Shown here: in pieces, positions 37,311-46,500 of the stretch
Layout: every line of letters begins with the position of its first letter
Position numbering within the stretch: the first letter of the stretch is position 1
Assembly: GCA_963770895.1 (NCBI GenBank)
Contig: CAVYRF010000002.1
Coordinates: forward strand, 2,048,001-2,112,000
Source: an uncultured Acidobacteriota bacterium
Lineage (GTDB): Bacteria; Acidobacteriota; Thermoanaerobaculia; Multivoradales; UBA5704
Length of the DNA stretch: 64,000 bases
Direction: 5' to 3'
Program-made: the position numbers and the translations under genes
Notes under the pieces: generated by a model
Database searches by the model: none
Told to the model about the DNA's origin: nothing
Seen by the model: the letters and a program-made list of their open reading frames with translations, nothing else

Positions 37311-38785
37311 ATGTGCCAGATGCGCCGGCGCAGCGCGGCGGCGGCGCATGCCGCCACGCAGAGCCATCCGAACCAGTCGCCCAGGCGCGCATAGGGCGTC
37401 GGGCGACCAGGGCCGAGCGGGGCCGCGGCCAGCAGGGTGGCGGCCGGCGCGTCGGCGCTCCCGGCGGCGCCGACGACGCGGCCGTAGCGGTCGACCACCG
37501 CCAGCTCGCCGTTGCGGGTGGCGTGCACGACGGTGAAGCCGCTTTCGACGCTGCGCAGCACGGCGATGCCGACGCGCGACCAGCCGTCGACGTCGAAGTC
37601 CCAGGCGGGCTGCAGCACGACGCTGGCGCCGGCGCGGGCGTAGCGGCGAGCCAGGGCGGGGTAGTCCAGATCCTTGCAGATGACGACGCCGAAGCTGCCG
37701 CCCGCGACCTGGCGCACCATGTCGGTGTGGCCGGGTGCGTAGGCGGCCTCAAGGCCGGGGACCGGGTGCTGCTTGGCGTAGTCGGCGAGCAGCCGGCCGT
37801 TGGGGTCGAACAGCCAGGCGCGATTCTGCCGCCGGCCGGCGGCTGGGTCCGCGGTGACGTCGACGCCGGCGATCAGGTAGACCGCGTTGGCCCTGGCCAC
37901 GCCGCCCAGCACCTGCTGCAGCCGGGCGGCTGCTGCCGGCTCGACGACGGCGATCTTTTCGGGCAGCGCGACCAGCCGCGCGCCGCGTGCGGCAAGCCCG
38001 GCGACGGCCCGCCCGTAGTCGGCCCACATCGCGTCGGCGTCGCGCCCGCGCGGCTCGGCTGTCTCCATCGCCGGACCGCGGTCGATCGCGGCCAGGCCCA
38101 CCGACAGCTCCGGCGCGGCTGGGCGGGCGGCCAGGCGTGCCGTGCCGTAGCCGAGCGCCAGCAGGATCAACGCCGCCGGCAAGCCGTACGCCAGCCAGGG
38201 ACGGTCGATGTCGCGGCCCCGGTAGCAGGCGATCGCCACCGTCGAGGCGAACAGGCTGAAGAGGAAGATCACCCCCGCCGCGCCGGTCCAGGCGGCGACC
38301 TGCAGCACCGGCAGAGCCGCCACCTGGCTGAACACCATCGTGCCGGCCGAGCCGTGCGGCGACAGCTCGGTGACCAGGGTGTCGAGGCCGGCCCACAGGG
38401 CCGGGTACAGAAAGACGATCGACCAGCGACGCGATCGCACCACGGCGTCGCGCGTCTGGCCCACCACCAGGCCCCACGCCAGGGCGCGCAGGACGGCGAT
38501 CGCGATCGTCGCCACGGTGCCGGTGACCAGCAGGTAATAGGACGCCGTCGCCGCGGTGACGGCCAGGCCCGCCGCCATAGCCATCCACCGCGCCGGGCGG
38601 CCGCCGGAATGGAAGGCGGCGATCAGCAGCGGGATGGGCGCCAGCCACGCCGCCCACCACCAGGGATCGAGCATCGCCGCGCAGTAGAGCAAGGCTGCCG
38701 CCGCCATCGTCGCCGCCACCCGCCATGCCCAGCCGCGCCGGCCGGCGCCCGCCCGGTCCACCGTTCGGTCCATGGTTCGGTCCAT
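37307..38785 (-). CDS. Carbon-nitrogen hydrolase with N-terminal TMs (Lnt-like)
   Basis: Glu-Lys-Cys triad (LPEK, YAKQHP, ICKD), RSVESGF, TPYARLGDWF. Start uncertain (ORF open to 38881). Confidence 0.8.
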   Translation of the reverse strand: MDRTMDRTVDRAGAGRRGWAWRVAATMAAAALLYCAAMLDPWWWAAWLAPIPLLIAAFHSGGRPARWMAMAAGLAVTAATASYYLLVTGTVATIAIAVLRALAWGLVVGQTRDAVVRSRRWSIVFLYPALWAGLDTLVTELSPHGSAGTMVFSQVAALPVLQVAAWTGAAGVIFLFSLFASTVAIACYRGRDIDRPWLAYGLPAALILLALGYGTARLAARPAAPELSVGLAAIDRGPAMETAEPRGRDADAMWADYGRAVAGLAARGARLVALPEKIAVVEPAAAARLQQVLGGVARANAVYLIAGVDVTADPAAGRRQNRAWLFDPNGRLLADYAKQHPVPGLEAAYAPGHTDMVRQVAGGSFGVVICKDLDYPALARRYARAGASVVLQPAWDFDVDGWSRVGIAVLRSVESGFTVVHATRNGELAVVDRYGRVVGAAGSADAPAATLLAAAPLGPGRPTPYARLGDWFGWLCVAACAAAALRRRIWHI

Positions 38786-38875
38786 CGCCAGGTCGTTGCT
38801 ATCGGGCGCCACGGCAGGAAGATCCACGCCCTTGGTACGGTGCGGCCTGGGCGCAGGTTTATGCGGGCGACATGG

Positions 38876-38903
38876 TTGCAACTATAACCATGATGGCTAT
38901 AAT
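38876..38903 (+). promoter_or_regulatory. padR promoter with overlapping palindromic operator
   Basis: TTGCAA (38876-81), 16 nt, TATAAT (38898-903). Palindrome TATAACCAT-G-ATGGCTATA (38883-901, one mismatch) covers the spacer and -10. Confidence 0.7.
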
Positions 38904-38946
38904 CACTCCGGTACAAGCAGGGGTGCCACCCGGGAGAACCGTGCCG

Positions 38947-39309
38947 ATGACCAAGGAGACCGTCGAATCGCTGCAGCAGCTGCCGCTGGCGCCGGCAACG
39001 TTCCACGTACTGCTGTCGCTGGCCGATGCCGACCGGCATGGGTACGCCATCCTGCAGGAGGTCACGGCGCGCACCGCCGGTGAGATGCGGCTGAGCGCCA
39101 CGACGCTCTACCGCACCATCCATCGCATGCTGGAAGACGGCCTGGTGGTCGAGCTGCGCCAGCGGCCGCCCGCCCCCGGCGACGACGAGCGCCGGCGGTA
39201 TTACCGGATCACCCCGCTGGGGCTGGCGGCGGCTCGTGCCGAGGTGGGGCGGCTGCGCCAACTGGTCGAGCTGGCGGGCGCCAAGGGGCTGGCGCCGGGG
39301 AGGGCGTGA
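38947..39309 (+). CDS. PadR-family transcriptional regulator
   Basis: FHVLLSL...RHGYAI.QEV, TLYRTI.RM..DGLV, RRRYYRIT..G; overlaps the permease start. Confidence 0.9.
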   Translation: MTKETVESLQQLPLAPATFHVLLSLADADRHGYAILQEVTARTAGEMRLSATTLYRTIHRMLEDGLVVELRQRPPAPGDDERRRYYRITPLGLAAARAEVGRLRQLVELAGAKGLAPGRA

Positions 39310-41897
39310 TGCAAATCTACCGCGCCTTGCTGCATCTCTATCCGGCGGCGTTCCGCGCCGAATACGGCGGCGAGATGGCAACCATTTTCGCGCAGCGGCG
39401 GCGGGATGCCGCAAGCCCCTGGGCGATCGCGGCGCTGTGGGTCGCAACCGCCTGCGAAGCGCTGGCCGGCGCCGCCGCGGTGCACTGGGAGATCCTGCTG
39501 CGCGACCTGCGCTTTGCGGCGCGTTCGCTGCGGCGCTCGCCGGGATTCGTGCTCACCGCGATCCCGGTCGTGGCGCTCGGCATCGGTGCCAACACCGCGG
39601 CGTTCTCGATGGCCGACTTCGTGCTGATCCGCCCGCTCCCCTATCCCGCGGCCGACCGCCTGGTGGACATCTGGGAGACGGTACCCGGCTATCCCCACCT
39701 CGAACCGTCGCCCTCCAACTACCGCGATTGGCACCGCCTTGCCAAGGTGTTCGACGGCATGAGCGCCTCCTACCGCGTCGCGGTCAACCTGGTGGGGCAG
39801 GGGGAGCCGCAGCGCGTCCAGGTGGCGGCGGTCACTGCGGACCTGGCGGCGACCCTGCGCGTGCGGCCGCTGCTGGGCCGCTTCTTCACCGCGGCGGAAG
39901 ACCGCGCCGGCGCCGGCGGCACCGTGCTGCTTTCGTGGGGGCTGTGGCAGACCGTCTTTGCCGGCGATCCGCACGTTCTGGGTCGGCGTCTGCTGCTCGA
40001 CGGCGAGCCGTGCGAGGTGATCGGCGTCATGCCGCGCGACTTCAACTACCCCGACCGCGAAGCTCAGGTGTGGATGCCCGCCCGCTTCCCCGCAAACGCG
40101 TTCGACGACCGCACCAACACCTATCTCCTGGTGGTTGCCCGGCTGCGGCCCGGCGTCTCCCTGGAACAGGCCCAGGCGCAGATGAGCCTGGTCGCGGCGC
40201 AGCTGGAGCGCCAGTTCCCCAAGGAGAACGAGCACACCGGCGCCGCGCTGGTGCAGTTGCGCGACGAGCTGTCGGAGCGCTCGCGCATGCTGCTGTGGGC
40301 GCTGTGCGGCGCGGCGCTGTGCGTGCTGCTGATCGCCTGCGCCAACCTGGCCAACCTGCTGCTGGCGCGCGCCATGGCGCGGCAGCGCGAGCTGGACGTG
40401 CGCACCGCCCTGGGCGCCGGCCGCGAGCAGCTGGCGCGCCAGCTGGCGACCGAGAGCCTGAGCCTGGCCTGCATCGGCGGCCTGCTGGGCGTCGCGGTGG
40501 CCCACGCCGCGCTGCCGCTGTTCGCGCGGCTGGTGCCCACCGCGCTGCCGGTCGCCGGAGCCCCCACCATCGACCTGCGCGTGCTGGCTTTCGCCGGCCT
40601 GCTCACCGCCCTGACCGGCATCGGCTTCGGCATGCTGCCGGTGCTGCGCTTCGGCGGCGGCGGCGACCTGAGCGGTCTGCGCCAGGGAGTGCGCTCGGGC
40701 GGCGGTCGCCGCCAGCGCCTGCGCTCGGCGCTGGTGGTGGCCGAAGTCACGGTTTCGGTGGTGCTGCTGGTTTCGTCGGGCCTGCTGCTGCGCGCGCTGC
40801 TGCACCTGCAGGCGCGCGATCCCGGCTTTCAAGCCGCCGGGCTGATGACCGTGCGCACCGAGCTGCCGATGCCCAGATACGACCCGACGGCGCGCCGCGC
40901 CGCGTTTTACAACCGCGTCCTGGCCGACGTGCGGGCGCTGCCCGGCGTCTCCGCCGCCGGCTACACCTCCGCGCTGCCGATGGTGTGGCACGGCGGCATC
41001 TGGTCGGTCGGCGTCGCCGGCCGCCTGCAGAACGTGGCGGACCCGGACAAGGCGAGCCTGCGCTACGTCACCCCCGGCTACTTCGCCGCCATGCGCATCC
41101 CGCTGCGCCTGGGCCGCGACGTGGGCGACGGGGATGCGACCACGACGCCCTGGGTGGCGGTGGTCAGCGCCTCCTTCGCCCACCGGTACTGGCCGGGCCA
41201 GGACCCGCTGGGCCGGCATTTCGATCTGGCCTTCCACGACCGCGCGGTGGTGGGCGTGGTGGGCGACGTGCTCACCCGCGGCCCGGAGCGCGACAGCGAG
41301 CCGCAGGTCTACATCCCCTACCGCCAGGTCCCCGACGGCTGGCTGGTCGCCTACTCCCCCAGGGACCTGGCGGTACGGTCGACGCTAGGGCCCTCGGCGC
41401 TGCTGCCCGCGCTGCGCCGCATCGTCCGCGCCGCCGATCCCCAGCAGGCCATTTCCAGCGTGCAGACCATGGACCAGGTGGTGGCCGACGAGACGGCGCC
41501 GCGCACGGTGCAGGTGCGCGCCCTGGTGGGCTTTGCCGCCGTCGCCTTCCTGCTCGCCGGCGTCGGTATTCACGGCCTGCTCGCCTTTGGCGTCTCGCAG
41601 CGAGCGGGCGAGATCGGCGTGCGCATGGCGCTGGGCGCCCGCCGCCGTGCCATCCTCGCCATGGTGGCGCGGCAAGGTCTGCTGCTGGGCGCGGTGGGCG
41701 CCGCGGCCGGCCTGGCGGCGGCCTATGCCTCCGCGCGCACCATGGCAGCCCTCCTGGCCGGCATCCAGCCCGCCGACGCCACCACCTACGTCGCCGCCGC
41801 GGCGCTCTGCATCGCCATGACCGCGACCGGCAGCCTGCTCCCCGCCGCCCGCGCCGCCGGCATCGATCCCGCCGCCATCATCCGCCGCGAGTCGTAA
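39306..41897 (+). CDS. ADOP-type duplicated MacB/FtsX permease
   Basis: LLHLYPAAFRAEYGGEM, DLRFAARSL, LGIGANTA, LIACANLANLLLAR, EIGVRMALGA; no ATPase gene adjacent. Confidence 0.92.
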   Translation: MMQIYRALLHLYPAAFRAEYGGEMATIFAQRRRDAASPWAIAALWVATACEALAGAAAVHWEILLRDLRFAARSLRRSPGFVLTAIPVVALGIGANTAAFSMADFVLIRPLPYPAADRLVDIWETVPGYPHLEPSPSNYRDWHRLAKVFDGMSASYRVAVNLVGQGEPQRVQVAAVTADLAATLRVRPLLGRFFTAAEDRAGAGGTVLLSWGLWQTVFAGDPHVLGRRLLLDGEPCEVIGVMPRDFNYPDREAQVWMPARFPANAFDDRTNTYLLVVARLRPGVSLEQAQAQMSLVAAQLERQFPKENEHTGAALVQLRDELSERSRMLLWALCGAALCVLLIACANLANLLLARAMARQRELDVRTALGAGREQLARQLATESLSLACIGGLLGVAVAHAALPLFARLVPTALPVAGAPTIDLRVLAFAGLLTALTGIGFGMLPVLRFGGGGDLSGLRQGVRSGGGRRQRLRSALVVAEVTVSVVLLVSSGLLLRALLHLQARDPGFQAAGLMTVRTELPMPRYDPTARRAAFYNRVLADVRALPGVSAAGYTSALPMVWHGGIWSVGVAGRLQNVADPDKASLRYVTPGYFAAMRIPLRLGRDVGDGDATTTPWVAVVSASFAHRYWPGQDPLGRHFDLAFHDRAVVGVVGDVLTRGPERDSEPQVYIPYRQVPDGWLVAYSPRDLAVRSTLGPSALLPALRRIVRAADPQQAISSVQTMDQVVADETAPRTVQVRALVGFAAVAFLLAGVGIHGLLAFGVSQRAGEIGVRMALGARRRAILAMVARQGLLLGAVGAAAGLAAAYASARTMAALLAGIQPADATTYVAAAALCIAMTATGSLLPAARAAGIDPAAIIRRES

Positions 41898-41963
41898 CCG
41901 CAGCCGCGGAGCAACGCCGGTGCACGCCGGAGAGCCCGCGCCGCCGGCGTGCCCCCGCGCGCA

Positions 41964-42575
41964 TCATGGCGCCGCGCTGGCCAGGTGGGCGGCCAGGGCC
42001 GCGGTGATGGGCAGCCCCGCCGCCTGTTCGACATACAGGAACTGCCCCGCCGGGTTGACCTCGAAGAACACGTATTCGCCCTCGGGGGTGACCCGCATGT
42101 CGATGGCGCCGTACTCCAGCCCGAGCCGGCGCATGAAGGCCAGGAGCTTTGCCGACACCGCGTCGGGCAGCTGGTGCGGGCGGTAGGTGATGTTGGTGTT
42201 GAAGCGCACGTCGACCTTGTATTCGCCGTTCTCCAGGTTGGCCTCGGCAGCCAGCACGCGGTCGCCGATCACCGTGATGCGCAGGTCCAGCACGCCGGGC
42301 ACGTAGCGTTGAAAGATCACCGGCGCAAAGCGAACCGCGGCCGCCAGCTCCTCCTCCTCCGGGCGCAGCAGGCGGGTTTCGCGCCACGCGTTGTAGGTCT
42401 GCAGGAACGGCTTGTAGATCACCGCGCCGGGGTGGCGCCGCCAAAACTCGCGCGCCTCGTCGGGGTCGTTGGTCATCAAGGTTTCGGGCAGCACCAGCCC
42501 CGCCTGCTTGGCCAGTTTGAGCTGCCACGGCTTGTGCGCCGCGGCGCCGTCGCGCACCGGATCGTTGATCCAAAG
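41964..42575 (-). CDS. MvdC/MvdD-type ATP-grasp peptide ligase, N-terminal domain missing (possible pseudogene)
   Basis: LWINDP...AAHKPWQL, PETLMTND, IYKP, PVIFQRYV, DLRITVIG, YGAIDM, FFEVNPAGQF. Homology runs upstream of the GTG at 42557 almost to the in-frame TAG at 42603-05. Confidence 0.8.
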   Translation of the reverse strand, partial: LWINDPVRDGAAAHKPWQLKLAKQAGLVLPETLMTNDPDEAREFWRRHPGAVIYKPFLQTYNAWRETRLLRPEEEELAAAVRFAPVIFQRYVPGVLDLRITVIGDRVLAAEANLENGEYKVDVRFNTNITYRPHQLPDAVSAKLLAFMRRLGLEYGAIDMRVTPEGEYVFFEVNPAGQFLYVEQAAGLPITAALAAHLASAAP

Positions 42576-42602
42576 CGATCGCAGGATCGATCCGGTCTGG
42601 GG

Positions 42603-43319
42603 CTAGGTCTGGGACGGGCCGCCGCCCGGATTGAAAACGTTTTCCGCCAGCGTGCCACCGGGCTCGACCAGCGTCGCGCCGCCGACGTCGGTGATGGGAT
42701 CCTTGTAGTGTTCCTTGAGGGTGTCGGTGATCGGGTCCTTGTAATGTTCTTTCAAGGTATCCGTGGGGCCGTCCTTGGACACCTCCTTGAGGGTCTCGTA
42801 AATGCCCTTTTCGACCAGCGAGTGGGGGCTGAGCTGCTGTTGCAGGCCCGCCGCCTGGTACGCCAAAGGCGCCTGCGGCGCGTGGTGAGGCGTCGCCAGC
42901 ACAAAAGGCGCAAATCCGCCGCCCACGCCCAGCTCGCCGATCCGATCGTCCGGCACGTCCTTGCGCACCTTGTGGATCGGGTCGCCGGAGATCGGGTCCT
43001 TGGCCGCGGACTTGTCGGAGATCACCTTGGGAACCCCGCCAAACCGCAGCTCGGGCGCCACGTCCGCGTGGGCGCCATCCAGCTCCAGCCTGACCACCGC
43101 CTGGGCCGGCACGGTGTACAGCACGTGATGGTGCCTCACCGCATCCACCGGAATCTCGCGCGACGGACCGCCCCCGGCAGGAGTGAACAGAAACGACTCC
43201 GCCTTCCCCCCGCGCGCCACGGTGCCGACCACCGACACCGTGCCGCCGCCTTCCGGCAGATCGCGCAGGAAGTCGCCAAAGCTCGATCCCCGCGAGTTTT
43301 GATGCAGATCTTCACTCAT
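42603..43319 (-). CDS. Candidate graspetide precursor with repeated cores
   Basis: AGGAGG RBS, PFVLATPHHA motif, three tandem T-L-K-E-x-x-K-D-x-x-T-D units, two TLxE units; directly upstream of the ATP-grasp gene. Confidence 0.75.
   Translation of the reverse strand: MSEDLHQNSRGSSFGDFLRDLPEGGGTVSVVGTVARGGKAESFLFTPAGGGPSREIPVDAVRHHHVLYTVPAQAVVRLELDGAHADVAPELRFGGVPKVISDKSAAKDPISGDPIHKVRKDVPDDRIGELGVGGGFAPFVLATPHHAPQAPLAYQAAGLQQQLSPHSLVEKGIYETLKEVSKDGPTDTLKEHYKDPITDTLKEHYKDPITDVGGATLVEPGGTLAENVFNPGGGPSQT
42687..42794 (-). repeat. Three 36-bp coding tandem repeats
   Basis: 42759-94 TLKEVSKDGPTD; 42723-58 and 42687-722 both TLKEHYKDPITD, with 6 nucleotide differences, all synonymous. Confidence 0.9.
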
Positions 43320-43534
43320 GATGCCGCCTCCTCGGGGCGCTCAGCCCCACCAGCAGACGGCGCCATCCGCCGTCATGCCTTATAGAAGGCGAAGAAGCCA
43401 AAGAATTGTTACGATGGGATCGCCTGCGTTTCCCAGCGAAATGGTCGTAGCGCGTCCGTCTATGGGGTAGTAAGGCGAAGATGGGGATTTGTGGTTGACG
43501 GTGGTCACTCCTCCCGCCGGCAGCCTGAGGATTC

Positions 43535-46500
43535 TTGAGCCTGCTATCGATGCATGCCTCAACTTGCGAGAGCGCGCTTGCTGCTCGTGCCAACTGCCGG
43601 TCGGCCACTACCGGTGGTGCACGGCGGCCGGTCGGCCATCGAACACCGTCGCGGGACCGTCTGATTCGATCCCTCGGCACCGCCTTCGGAGTTGCCGTCC
43701 TTGCGGCCGCCGGATGCCAGAGGTCGCAACGCTCCGGGCTTGGGGACTTGGTGGCGGCCCTGGGCTCGCGCCGCGCGGTCGAGCCGCGCCTGACTGGTGG
43801 ATTCGCCTCTGCTCCGTGCCGGCCGGCGCCAGCCTTGGACCACCTCCCGACACCCGACTGCTCGCCACCGCCGCCGCAGCTATCGGACGCTGGCCGCCTG
43901 GCCGCCGCGCACGCCCTCGCCAACTTGCGCAAGCGGGAGGCGATGAGCCCCACGGCTGCCGCGGAATCGCTGCAGGCGCAGGCAGTCGTGCATCTCGTGG
44001 TGGGTGGAGCGAGCGATGCCGCCGATCGCGCCGTGGCCGAGTTGGAGCGGGCAACGGCCTTACCGAGCGCCGGCGGGCCAGAGCGTAGTGCTCGCCTGTG
44101 GAGCGACCTCGCGGCGGCCTACCTGGTGCGAGCCGGACGCAAGGACTCTGCGATGGACCTCATCCGATCGCTGGAAGCCGCGGGTGCGGCGCTGGCGGCG
44201 GATCCCCAACTGCCCGAGGCGCGCTTCAACCGTGCCTTGGCGCTGGAACGACTCGGTTTGCGCTTACAGGCGACCGTTGCGTGGGAGGAAGTCCGGCATA
44301 CCGATCATGCTGCCGGTTGGGTGGCCGAGGCGCGGCTCCATCTCGCCGATCTGCGGCAGCTTCGCGGCCGGGGAGCTTGGCAGGAGCGACGCGCCGACCT
44401 GGACCGCGCATCGCTCACCGGCGATGCCGCGACCGTGCGCCGGCTGGTTGCCGCCGCTCCCCAAGCGGCGCGAGAGTACGCGGTCGAGGATCTGCTGGGG
44501 CGTTGGGGTGCGGCGTGGCTCGACCGGCAGAGCGGGTTGGAGGGTGACGACGAGCGGCGGTCGTTGCAGATCGCCCGGGTCGTGGGCCGGGCGCTGGCCG
44601 ACGGGGGCGGCGACGCCACAGCCGCCGGCGCGGTGAGCGCTATCGATCGCGCCGGCGGAGCCGGCGGGTCACCAGGAACCGGCCGAGGGGCCGAGGCCCG
44701 GCTGGAAGCCCTGGCCAGAGGTCATCGAGCCTACAGCACAGGCATGGCGCTGAGTCAACGGCTGGCCATCGAAGACGCCGGCCCTCTTCTGGTGGACGCC
44801 CGCCGATGGCTGGAGCGCGGCGCCAGTCCGGTGGCAGGTTGGGCGGCTGTGGCCCTGGCAGGGATCGCGGGGTACCGAGCGAGGCTTGGCGAGGCCGCCG
44901 CGGAGTTCCACGACATCCTTCGCGAGACTGCGCCGGACCGGCTGCCGGCGCTGATCGGGCGCGCCCGCTGGGGCCTTGCCTGGCTGGAGGGGCGCCAGGG
45001 GCACCTGGACGTAGCGTTGGACCTCTACCGCCAGGCGGCAGACAGCTATCGGGCGGCCGGCGAGACCGAAAACGTCGGTGCGGTGGAAGGTTTGATCGGT
45101 GAAAGCCTGCAGCTGCTCGGCGAGGACCCGCTCGCCTGGCGGCATCGCTACCTGGCTTTGGCCCGTCTCGAAGACGACCTGTCGTCACTCCACCTGCATT
45201 CGGCGCTGCTGGAGGCGGCACGGAGCGCAGCCGAGGAGGGGGCGCCGCGGGCGGCGTTGGAACTGGCGAGCGAGGACGAGGCCGTGGCTGCCCGCTCGGG
45301 CGATCCGCTGAACCTCGCTGAGGTGCTGCTCTGGCGTAGCCGGATCCAGCTGCGGGCGGGCAGGCCGGCGAGCGCTCGGGAGGATCTGGCTCTGGCCCGG
45401 CAGCAGGTCGCTCGCGGCCCGGCAGGCCTGATGCGGCTGCGCTCCGAGATCGACATCGAGTATGCGGAGGCCGATCTGATGCGGCGCTCGCAGCCCGCCG
45501 CGGTGCTTGCTCCGCTGTCTCGCGCCGTCGCGTTTTATGCCGCCGGGGGGCTGGTCTGGTCGCTGATGCCCGCGTATGCAAGCCGCGCCCGCGCCGAGAT
45601 CGCTGTGGGCCGGCAGGCCGCGGCCGACGCCGACTTCGCCGCCGCCGTCGGGCTGTATCAACGCGAGGGCCGCTCCACGACCCTACGGGCGCAGCGTCGA
45701 GCCTTCGCCGCGGAGGCACGGGAGCTCTGTGAGGCGATGATCGCCTGGCGGGCAGACCACGCACCGCCGCCGGCGCTGGCAGCCCTGGCCGCCTCCGAGC
45801 AGGCGCGTGCCCTGGCGCTGCCCTACCTGCCCGCTGCGGCGGCAGCGCCGGTCTACGTCCTTCCTCCAGGCGTGGCGGTGCTCGAATATGCAGCCCTTCC
45901 CGATCGGCTGCTCATCTGGTTGGTCTCCTCGGGCGGCGTGCAGCTCTTCGAGCGCGCACTGCCGGCGGCGGCGCTCGCCGAGCAGGTGCGCCTGTTCGAC
46001 GCGACTCTCCTGCGTCGCTCCAGTGGCGAGCTTGATGCAGCGGCCAAGAGGCTCTATGCCGAGCTGATGCCTGCGGGTCTGGACGCGGTGGCGGGCGGCG
46101 CCGAGCTGGCGATCGTGCCGGATCTGTCGCTCAACCAGCTGCCCTTCGCGGCGCTGGTGAATCCGCGCACCGGCCGCTACCTGGTCCAGGAACACGCCCT
46201 GGCTCTGGCGGCAAGCGTCGCGTCCTATGCCGCTGCCGGCAGCGGCGCTGTGGACAGGGGCGGCCCTTCCGCCTGGTCGGCACTGCTGGTCGGCGACCCT
46301 GCGTTCGACGGGCGAGACTTCCCCTGGCTTTCCCGGCTCCCACGAGCCGAGGCCGAGGTTCGGACGCTTGGCGCGATCTACCCACGGTCGACGACCCTGA
46401 TGCGAGAACGGGCCACCAAGAGCGCCGTGCTGGCTGAAATCCCGGCGCATGAAATCCTCCACTACGCCGGGCACGCGGTTGCCAATGCCGAGGAGCCAGG

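Noticed and set aside
38754-38787. 12-bp tandem repeat encoding MDRT-MDRT-VDR
   Set aside because: A short slippage-type repeat at an uncertain gene start, with no functional evidence.
42603-42605. Pyrrolysine recoding of the in-frame TAG
   Set aside because: No pyl genes or suppressor tRNA are in the window, and TAG ends many ordinary genes here.
42687-42794. 36-bp repeats as a CRISPR array
   Set aside because: The repeats are contiguous with no spacers, in frame, and vary at synonymous sites; no cas genes are present.
43386-43481. 10-bp direct repeat AAGGCGAAGA in the precursor/CHAT intergenic region
   Set aside because: Only two short copies, 86 bp apart, with no element between them; may be chance.
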